DNA of 64,000 bases from Phoronis australis (taxonomy: Eukaryota; Animalia; Phoronida), in assembly GCA_002633005.1 (NCBI GenBank), contig NMRA01000004.1, positions 249,501 through 313,500 on the forward strand, in the 5' to 3' direction. The notes below the pieces were generated by a model, which was not told the DNA's origin, searched no databases, and was given only the letters and a program-made list of their open reading frames with translations. The position numbers were made by a program, and so were the translations under genes. Each line of letters begins with the position of its first letter. The stretch's first letter is position 1. This document shows, piece after piece, positions 38,190 through 47,875 of this stretch.

Positions 38190-39637
38190 AGGGGAAGACA
38201 ACCTTTCTCTTGCCATTTTTAGTAAAAATACGGTTCGCCGATTATCCTGGACATATGCTTCAGTTATTAACGGCTCCCCGTAATTTTATTAATTAGTTGT
38301 GCACTACTCCGGAAGTGACGTTTAGGGGGTTAAGAATTTCCCGCTATTTCGTTTCTAGTGCGTTCGAGTTACTGTGGGGATCTGTTCTACTGTTGTTTTT
38401 GTGCTGGTCTCCTAAAATTGTCGTCACCACTTCCCATCGACGAGTATTCTACGACAAGTTAGGTTGTCAAAGAACTGAATTACGTTGGAATCTTTTAGTT
38501 TGTAATAGCAGTGGGTGGATATATGTTTTAGCACGAGTATAGTGAGGCAGAATACAGACAGCTGCTGAGAGGGATGGGGCAGAGACTGAGGACAGACATG
38601 GTGGGACGTCTTGGCGCAAATGCAAGGTGTGCACTGTTCTTTATGCCGACCTCAATGGAATACCTATGCTGTTCCAACTGGATGGTGACCTGAGCACCCA
38701 AACCGCTTACATCCAGCCGCGGTGTGACTCCCTCGCTACACACCAGGCCGCTTCTAAGTAGCTCCAATACTTCAGTCAAGTCCACAATAAATTTATCACA
38801 GTTTGGCTCATCGGCCTGACCACTGGACGACGGAACTGTCCTCCCCCAACACTGGATGTCGAAGTTGGCCTGTATTCACTAGTATTACTCAACATCGCTG
38901 CAGGGCTGCTTAGAGTCTCTGGGCTGGAAACAACACCAGCACAGGGCAAATAACTGCTAGTTCCTAGAATTGCACGCTCTGGGGTACGTTCGGAGGCACG
39001 GGTGATAGTAGATGAAGCGCCTCCAGTCACTGATAGAGGCCACAGCTCGCGAGACCACTCGCTTGAAAAATGCATTTCTCGGAGGTGGCGACGAGGCACT
39101 GCCGGGAATCAACAGCGAAAGTATGGCACCCTTCTTCAGGGGTTGTTTTGCAGGAACCTTCACTGATTCCGTGTAATTCTTTCGTAATTCAACAGGCAGG
39201 AAATGCTTGTCACACACTCGGTAATTCTCCACTGCTTTGCGCGTTGCGTAGACGGTAACGCTGCGTTCTTCACTCAAACGAGCCAAGTACGGCGTAGCGT
39301 GTCATCTTTCGGAAAGCAGTGTACTGGCATACCCAAAGTGCGCGTGAGACGATGACGAGTACACCCCGGTACACAGCAACCGTGCGGCATGTTGACTGAC
39401 TGGTAAACAAACGCAAACGGCGACTGAACTTATCACAACCGGGGTAAAATAATGACTGTCTCGATAGCTCATACAGAAAACAAAATGGAGGAAAAAGTCT
39501 TAAACCCCTAAACGTCACTTCCGGAGTAAGGCAAGACTAATTAATAAAACTACGGGAAGTCGTTATTAACTGAAAAATATGTCTGGAATAATCAACGAAC
39601 CATACTTTTACAAAATTGAAAAAGGTTACTTTCTCCT
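38190..39637 (-). mobile_element. Kolobok-like non-autonomous DNA transposon with a decayed THAP domain
   Basis: TTAA on both flanks (38186-38189, 39638-39641), AGG...CCT termini, about 150-bp imperfect TIRs sharing ACTCCGGAAGTGACGTTTAGGGG; internal frameshifted RVCDKHF...LKKGAILSL. Confidence 0.78.
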
Positions 39638-40034
39638 TTAACGGATAGCGTGCCCCAGAATTAACGCACTATCTATCATCGTATAGGCTTACATGAACAA
39701 CAAGAAAGTTCGTGAAAACTCACCAAGTTTACCTTTCAACCAATTGCAAACAACAGTGCCTCTTCGTTACACCTGGATTTGTGATGAACTTTCTGGCAAG
39801 GTCTCCAGTTTTGAAAAACGCACAAAAAACTTTTTCTCCCGAGCCCAGTTTCAAACTCACCTCCCTCAGATGATATATGCGCCCATGCGTTCTTATTAAT
39901 GTTGTATCTTCAGTAAAAGCTTAGAACTGGCGGTAGTTCCTTTAGTCGTATGCTCAAAGATGTCACATTTTCATTCACCTAGGAGTAAAGACCCGGGATC
40001 AAGATATCAAATAAGAACGTGCATTGCGTGTTGT

Positions 40035-40297
40035 CAGTAGCGTGCAGGAGGGGTTTGGGGGGAGAGGGATGGGGGCCGACCTTAGACAGCAGGCATCCAA
40101 ATCGAGGGGCATCCATTCACAATGAACAAACCTTTTTAGGTTGTGATTGATTCGTGGTTAAAAACTGAATAAAGTTTCTATTTTGCGTTTCATCTTTTTT
40201 ACTTTTGTTAGTACTAGGATCCATGCATTTGAGTAGAGAGCCGAGGGGCATCCGAGAAAAAATCGCCCCGGCACCACCAAACCTCTGCGTGCTATTG
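40035..40297. mobile_element. hAT-type MITE with a perfect 8-bp TSD
   Basis: CGTGTTGT at 40027-40034 and 40298-40305; TIRs cagtagcgtgcag / ctgcgtgctattg. Confidence 0.8.
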
Positions 40298-41404
40298 CGT
40301 GTTGTGACACAACCGGTGACGTGAGGAGCGTTTCACGGATCGCTTTTTATTTTGAAAGGAAAAATACATTTGATTGCATGGAGATTGCCAATTTCCACGA
40401 AGATGCCTAAAAATAGCAGCTTTTATACTGACGTCTAATTCAATTTCATAGAAGCAATTGGAAGGAAAATAACTTACTATCTCTATCTAACGGCATTCAA
40501 CATTGTTGTGGTCCTGTGGGTTTGATGAGTGGACGAACTTGAGGCTGGTGCTTGAAAGCAAGTTATGAATTTCAAAGTTCAGTCATAACGCTCCTCTATT
40601 AAAGTGATGAAGTAGTGCCAGACGTGCGGTGTTTGTAGGGAAATCGACAAATTCAGATTGTCTTTTTGACAATTATTCAAACTTGGAAGCACGTGTTGCT
40701 TAGATAGTCACACTTACTTGGAGAAAACACGAGGTAACTTTTTATTATCAAAATCCGAAACCGGCTTAGTTTGCCTGAAAATGATACCATCTGTTATTAA
40801 ATCTTTTATAAGTGTATAATGTTGCTGAATTTTGGAAATCATTTAAATTTATTATTGTTAAATGCCCGATTAGTTTTCTAGGACAAGCGTCACGGATAGC
40901 TCTCACTGGCAATGACATGATAAATCATGCAAAAAGTTATCATGAGAGACATTATTAACCTCAAATGCTCGTAAAACGATACACTGTCACAAAATAAGAT
41001 AATAAATTCCACCTGTTTTCATCATCTGTTACTACCATATATACCTTCACTTTAATCTTAACGATCATATCATTTCAGAGTTCAGACGCGAGTGTTATCT
41101 TTGATAAGGTTGGTATTTGGTTTGTTTTTTTTTGTTAAATTGCCAGAGACATGTTTTTTTGCAATAAAGTTAAATTTCCGAAACAACTCTTGGATGTGAA
41201 AATCCAAATTTAAGATACCATTTTTGTTGTCTGATCGACTTCATTTGCTTAGGAATGTATATACTTGTAGTGAATACAAAGGTTACATTCGATCCAAAAT
41301 GTGTTGTTCAGTTTAAAAGTCACTGTTTGAGAAGAAAGAGGAGATTGTTTCATTTTGGAAACACTTTCTCATTGTTTCTTTTTAGGGCGTACTTGAGCTC
41401 AAAC

Positions 41405-41453
41405 ATGGCGTGGCTAGACACAAAGGCACTTACGGTTTTCGTCTGCTCTTTGA
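41405..41453 (+). CDS. Signal-peptide exon of the Cys-rich gene
   Basis: AACATGG start, gtaagt donor, upstream ttttag acceptor. Confidence 0.72.
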
Positions 41454-44400
41454 GTAAGTGGAAATATTCACGATGGCTAGAAAACAGACCCCCAGGAACT
41501 CCAAACGGCCACTTTTTGCCAAGAATGGTTTTCGTAATTCAATTTATTTACCAGAACAAATGATACATTGAAGGTCATTCTACACAAGTGTTATTCGACA
41601 TTATGAAACTAGCTGCATGAAAGTCTATAAGTTTACAACTATATGCTAATAAATACCCAAAATTCCTTAAGGGTATTAATTGGGGAAATTTGTGGTTACT
41701 TTTCAAACGAAGGAAAGAGGACAATAACTTCCAACAATGTTTGAAACCAGGACTTCTAACGTCCTGTTTTTGTCAACATCAGTTGCTGAACGGATCGCTT
41801 AGCCGTTTAGTTGATTAATTTTTACACTGGAGAAAGTTGACATGGTATTTGCTGAAATGTTCATCTTGGGGTTGAATAACTTAAAACGCTACCTTGAACG
41901 AGAGTTACGAATGATAAACACGGGGTTTCAGGATATTTCTATTATCAATCGCAGGCGTGGCGTACTGTAGTTGTCCTCAACCCGTAGCTGGTCAACCCGA
42001 CCCCCCATGCTGTCAGAAAACGTATGGAATAGTCAATACCTACACGCCAATAGATGAATGCAGGCGATTCAAGCAGACAGCTCCTGGTTACGCACCAGGA
42101 ATACACCAGTGTCCTTTACTTCATCTATTTAGCACAAGAACCTGTCGATGCGAACTACCAAAGGATGTTAATTGTCATTCAACAGGTGAGTCAAAGCTTT
42201 TCATTTAAGCCGACGTTTCTGAGAGCAAGCTGAACGAAAGCAAGTCTGAATGATGCCGGATCCACGAGAGACGACCACCCCGCTTTCCGAACTGCTTTTT
42301 GAGTATCAGTTTTGGAAATAATGAATCTGCTTCCCGCAACGCACAAATCTGCATTGAGCTCCGAACTATTGTTTCAAGTGTATGCGTACGTGCCACTCAA
42401 TTGCATACCCTGCATTCGAAAGCTAAAGACACCTGCCGGAATGCTCGATTTAGATTTCAAGCACATTCTAAATATTTGAATGGCATTTACTCAAAGCTTT
42501 GTTCTAGTGAATTTGGCAGCAACTGCTGTAAATTCCAAATCAATGTGCCACGATGGACTTGACGCATCCAATGAGGGAACACGACGTTCAGTGTTTTGTA
42601 ATCTGTCTAACCTTTCGATTTATTACTTAACTCTGGGTTGCTTAAACTAAACTTGAGTTTACCATTTCTTAAAGAAAGGCGCGAACTGACTACTAATTGT
42701 TTGAAAAATGATATTTCAGGTGGTGCTGGCGGTTGGGGACAGTGGATGACAAAGACAAGTTGTATCGGACAATGTGGCAGCACAGGGTACATGGAACAGA
42801 CTCGTGCCTGTGACAATCCACAGCCATCTGGTGGTGGAAAATATTGCCAAGGCCCGTCAAGTCGAACTGTAGCCTGTCAAACAGATCCATGTGCTACAAG
42901 TAATTTCAGAAAGTTTGATTTACGCTTTGGGGACTCAGAGAGCTTTTATTATGGGTCCCTCGGCTCTAATGTTTAATCACGTGCTTGATCGCATACATGC
43001 ACTTGCAAACAGGCACTGCACAAATCCAAAAATTGCAATGCACAGATTAGGTCAAATGAGCACACATGGTTCTTGTCTCTGTTTTTTTATCAAGTCGGTG
43101 GTGCAGTGCTTTTTCAGTTGATCACCTTTTCAAAATTGAAAAACCACCTGAAGGCCAGCAAAAATGGTACGCGTCTTTGTGCAGCTCGTCAGCAAAAAGA
43201 AACACGAGACCTTGGCTGAAATTGATGGGGGCAGGCTTCTTTAGTCCCTGAGAGCAAGCTTCAAACTGAGTCGGGGTAAAGAAACAGCATAGCTTTTATG
43301 TTAATATTTTCATCAAAACAACAATTTTAAGGGGAAGATAACTGCGGGGTTTTGTGTTGCCAGCTTCCTGGTTGTAGTAAAATAGGAATTGTTTACTTGC
43401 TTTATATGTCGAAGGCCCTACGGTTCAAACACTCACTATCTCCCCTACTTAAGCTGTTTTTACACGAGGAACAATTGTCACGGTGCGAGTTGTCACGGCT
43501 GTGCGACGTGCTCCACTTAAGTCGCATTTACACGACATTAGATCACAATCTGGATCGGCATGAGTCATTTACACAAAGACTGTCTGCCTATGCCAGCATA
43601 AACAATAGCGACCGTCCAAACTCTGTGGAATGCAAGCGGATCACCCGGTATATACGTTATTGTGCAACCCCATTGGAAAGATAATCCCTTTCCGCCCTAC
43701 CCCCGCCCAGTTGTGTTCAGACGTGTAGTTTACACTGAAGCAACTAATCGAGTGCAACTCGCTTTACCTCAAACCGGTGTCAAAAATGACCGCCGCGGTG
43801 TCAACTCGCTCCGTGCCAGTCGCGTTTACACACGCACTTGTTCCCGATCAGCTGTTCCATGTTAAGTGCCGTTTACACTCCAAAAGTTGACACGGATCAG
43901 CTGACACGGAGCGAAATGTTCCAGTATGTAAACGGCACTGACACGGAGCAAATTGACACAGCGGTGACAACTTTTGCCACCCGTTTGTGAGGTGGGGCAA
44001 TTTGCGCTCGAACATATTGCTCCGTGTCAATTTATACGCCATAAACGCGAAACTAGGGCAAGGCGGAAAGGATCATCTCTACTGCGCTTGTGCAATGACC
44101 TACATACGGGCTCTCTGTCTCTGCAACTCCCGCTATTTGAAAACCTGCGCATGTGCATTTCACTCTTCAGCCGGTACAACTTCCGTCTTGCCACAGTTAA
44201 TGAAATCGCGTGTGTCAAACGGCAACTTGACTCCGATGAAGTTGCTCCGTGTCAGTTGCGCTGGATCAAAAGTTGATGTCTAAACGGGACTTAAGTTGCT
44301 CCGTGACAACTGTCTCCCGTGTAAATGCGACTTAACGAGCACACACCGGCGATGTAAACTACGGTGATGGTGGAGGCGGAAGGTGGGAGTGGACTTGTCC

Positions 44401-45700
44401 ACCTCCCAGTTTTTCATTCCAGACTTTCCAGAAAAACGTATATCGAGTCTTTGACTTCCCCGTTTGTTGTTTCTTGATATTACTTTATGATTGCTTGCCA
44501 CCGAGTGTGTCAGCTTGAAATCTTAAAAGGTGCTGGATGATTTGCAAAACCCTCAGCCACCACCGTGACATATCAAGCGACTTTTAAATCACATGAGAGC
44601 GGGATTTTAATATGCCGTTATCAATTCAATCTATTTACCTGTCATTTAGGTTGTGTTGACCCTCACGACGGACTAGACCCCCTATGTTGCGAGAGAGTTT
44701 GGCCCGTGAACTCGGACGTCAACAGATACACTATAGTAACTGGGAGTGGCTGCAAGATGTACCATCACGAGGCTCTTGGAAACGCCAACGTCCCAGCCAG
44801 AAACAAACCGTGTCCATCTGGAAAGCTTTTCAACACAAGAAAATGTGACTGTGATGATGCCGCGAACGTGACCTGCCGTGACCAGTCGTCTCCCCCTCCA
44901 GGTAATCAAGTCGATGAAGATATTCAGACTAGAAAGTTCTAAGGGCCTGTGGCCGGTTACATGAGACAACTAAGCCTTCCCTAAATCTCTTGCGTTTTTG
45001 TTTCGTTCTTTACTGAAAGTTGTAATCTTTTTCTACCATTTTATCTTTATTTTTTAGCTCTTATGACATTTTCTAATAATATAACTAAAAACTGACCCCT
45101 TAATTTAATCAAAGTAATTAGGGATAAAATTGACGTAGTAATGATTCCCCAAAGCATTAGAAAGGACAATAAGTATTTTTACAAGCCCACAAATAGATTT
45201 AGGGAACTTAGTTGAGTCCCTATTTGGTACTGTTTCATGCAACGGGGCACAGGTAGGCACGTAGACAAAGAATATTGTTTGCTTTCCTTGATGTGTTTGG
45301 GCATATTCGTGGTAGAAATAAGACCCCAGTTGACTCCCAATGTGTAACTTATTCCGTCTCAGTTCAATACTGAGATAAAAAAAAACGTAATAGGCTTATT
45401 TACTTTGTCAAATGGTATTAAAAATCATTGCTCCAGTTCCTTTATTTATGACTGATTTTAGATCCTTGTGCTGACCCTCACGACGGCTTGAATCCGGCAT
45501 GTTGTGAACGAGTGTGGCCCGTTAATGATGACGTCAACCGCTACACTCCAGTCCCGGGAACCAATTGTGCCGAATACAAACACGAAGCGCTCTTCAATGC
45601 AAATGTTCCGCCAGTAATACGGAATTGCCCCGCAACGTCTTGGTTCAACACCAAGAAATGTGACTGCGACTATGGTCCTCTTGTTGATTGCCGTGAATAA
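41405..45700 (+). CDS. Secreted Cys-rich protein: signal peptide, ChtBD2-like domain, TSP1 domain, two more ChtBD2-like domains (316 aa)
   Basis: Exons 41405-41453, 41955-42185, 42720-42899, 44650-44901 and 45462-45700 are all joined in phase 1 (951 nt). Hydrophobic leader MAWLDTKALTVFVCSLSVAYC; probable 5' UTR exon near 41079-41108; AATAAA near 45897-45906. Confidence 0.82.
41955..42185 (+). CDS. Exon encoding ChtBD2-like domain 1
   Basis: 231 nt, phase 1-1; C..CC..C..CP....F....CRC......C; gtgagt donor. Confidence 0.8.
42720..42899 (+). CDS. Exon encoding thrombospondin type-1 repeat
   Basis: WGQW....C...CG..G....RACDNPQP.GGGKYCQG......C....C; 180 nt, phase 1-1. Confidence 0.88.
43453..44331. 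mobile_element. PIF/Harbinger-like non-autonomous element in intron 3 of the Cys-rich gene
   Basis: TTAA/TWA flanks; TIRs gctgtttttacacgaggaacaattgtcacgg / ccgtgacaactgtctcccgtgtaaatgcgac; many internal tttacac and gacacggag repeats. Confidence 0.65.
44650..44901 (+). CDS. Exon encoding ChtBD2-like domain 2
   Basis: 252 nt, phase 1-1, tttag acceptor, gtaatc donor. Confidence 0.82.
44947..45252. mobile_element. Harbinger-like MITE in the last intron of the Cys-rich gene
   Basis: TIRs ctgtggccggttacatga / tcatgcaacggggcacag; shares tttagggaa...tccct...actgtttcatgcaac with the 21769 copy. Confidence 0.6.
45462..45700 (+). CDS. Terminal exon encoding ChtBD2-like domain 3
   Basis: ttttag acceptor; clear paralogue of the previous exon; TAA ends at 45700. 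Confidence 0.82.
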
Positions 45701-45731
45701 TTCGTGACGTGTGCGACGAACAAGATTGTAC

Positions 45732-45867
45732 CTGGGCCCAGGAATTAATCTTCGACCCAGACTCAGGCTCGAAATTGAACCAATCAGGCCAGAAATTTGT
45801 AACTTTACTCCAACCATGGTCAGTTTTCGAGTCGAGTTCCGAGTACAAAGATTAGGCCCGGGCCCTG
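45732..45867. mobile_element. Small MITE in the predicted 3' UTR of the Cys-rich gene (related copy at about 62106-62269)
   Basis: TIRs ctgggcccaggaattaatctt / aagattaggcccgggccctg; the ctcgactcgaaa motif is shared with the 62108 region. Confidence 0.55.
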
Positions 45868-46338
45868 CAGTACAGCTATGTAGATTCTCTCTGCATAATA
45901 AATAAAGCAAACCACGTCCCTGTTTTCCTGCAAACTAGGTCGTACATGCTTGCCAACAATAGTGACCTCAGTTAATAAATGGAATTTAGATACATGTAGG
46001 ATAAAACTATTCAGATTTTGAAACGTTTCCGCGGAACACACCATATTTAAAACGCAACGTAAGCACAAGTGCTCACCCCACCGTTCCATTCCAAGTTTTT
46101 GTCACTGAAGAATAAGATGAGACTTTAATTTGTGCTAAAAATTTTCCGTTGTGAATGTGAAGATTGCTTTCACACGGTACGGTATTTTTTGGTGTTTTGT
46201 ATTTTTAAAAAACAAAAACCATTTTCTGACTGAGGAAGGTGGCGAAAGATTACCTAATGTCGATGTAGACAAAACATCCCAGTACCCACTAAATACAAAT
46301 CATGATTAAGACATTACTTATAAAAGGTAATTATTAGT

Positions 46339-46475
46339 CATGGGCGGCGCAGCACCGAAAAAAGAGGGGGGCGGCTAAAGCCCTCTCTGATGCACCGCCT
46401 ATAGACCATGTGCAGCGTAGCACCGAAAAAAGTAGTGGGTCTACAGCCCCCCAGCCCTTATGGTGCGCCGCCCAT
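46339..46475. mobile_element. Short GC-rich dimeric MITE (related copy at 25313-25434)
   Basis: TIRs catgggcggcgca / tgcgccgcccatg, 5-bp TTAGT duplication, internal tagaccatg..cagcg.agcac.gaaa shared with the 25313 copy. Confidence 0.6.
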
Positions 46476-47111
46476 GTTAGTTATTATTTCACTTCATCAA
46501 CCATCCAGCTGAACCTGTTGATTCAATTAGAGCGGCATGATCAAAATGTCTTCGTCATAGAAAATAAAAATGCGTGAACTGCAAAGGTCTTCGGAAATTT
46601 AGAGGAGCGGTGTCATAAACCTCTTATTTATTCAGTGTTACATTTAGTAGATAACTCATGATGACTTAGGAAGACTGTATGTCATGACTGGATAGATGGA
46701 CGAGATAACTAAACTTTTGGAGAAATCCTCTAGGACTCAGTGTATGCAATGCTGTGTGGAGGAAGGAGTGAGGAAGACGTCTTTACTCGAACACTATACT
46801 TTATTGCGGACAGACTAACTAGTGCAAGGACATGTTCTTTTGTCAAGACCCAAGACCACATGCATAAGCATCGCATTTCATAGAATTGTTTAGCACGAGT
46901 TATGTAACAATCATTCTAATTAAATGTGGCATATAAGGTAAATGTAGTTCAGTGAAAACAGCAATACTATTACAGGGTAGGCCTACAACAGTTACGGAAA
47001 CAGAAGTCTACGTGCATTCTTCTTGATAACTTCATTGTTACATCACGTATTCCAACAATACACTATTGTTTTGATACAAGACACACGTATGTAAAATATA
47101 CCAGTTGAATT

Positions 47112-47875
47112 CTAAAATTCCGTAGTAGTCGTAATACCTGTGTCGATGCTACTAATTCCCGCGCTGTCTTTTTCTGAAATTTCCCGTTTTTTCTCATCCT
47201 TGAAGTCACAAGATTCCTCTTCTAGGTTCGTGCACTTGAAGATGTCATACTTCAATGGCAATCTTTCGGTAAGGAACAACCAATCGGCCAATATAGATAC
47301 AAGAATTACAGTGACCAAAGAAATTAACATACAAAAACTTTTAAAGGGGAACAACTGCACACCACTCTCTTCATCAAAATAAGGATACTTAATCACGGCT
47401 GGCAAGCCGATAATGGGTTCTCCACCAAGTACTCTGAATGTAGTGCCAGTAATGAAGCCAGCTAAAGATCCATATGTGTTGGAAAACTTACAATAAACAA
47501 CGCAGACGAGTTGTGGAAATAACACAACATAAACTAAGTCTGAGCACAGGTGAAATAAATCATAAATTGATTTAATGGTTATCCCCATAACGCATGCAAG
47601 AGCCCCAACAACAAAAATAGCAACCCTCATGACCCAAACGATTTCTCGCTCGGACGCCTTCGGTCTGATAACCAACTTGTAGATATTGCGCGCGAACATC
47701 GAACTAGCAGACAATACGGAAGAGTCGGCAGACGACATCACTGCAGCAGATATGGCCCCAAGTCCTATGAACGCAACTGCTTCCGGACAAAGGTATTGAA
47801 GCACTAATGGAAGGACTAATTTGGCATCTTCTGCCGGTATAGGCACCTCCCCCGGATACGACGTGCTGTTCCAAT
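47112..47875 (-). CDS. SLC5A7: SLC5A7 terminal coding exon
   Basis: 764 nt from DWNSTSYPG to the TAG stop; tttacag acceptor. Confidence 0.95.

Noticed and set aside
43352-44283. Multiple 60-110 aa ORFs in intron 3 of the Cys-rich gene
   Set aside because: They lie within a GC-richer MITE and show no transposase or other motif.
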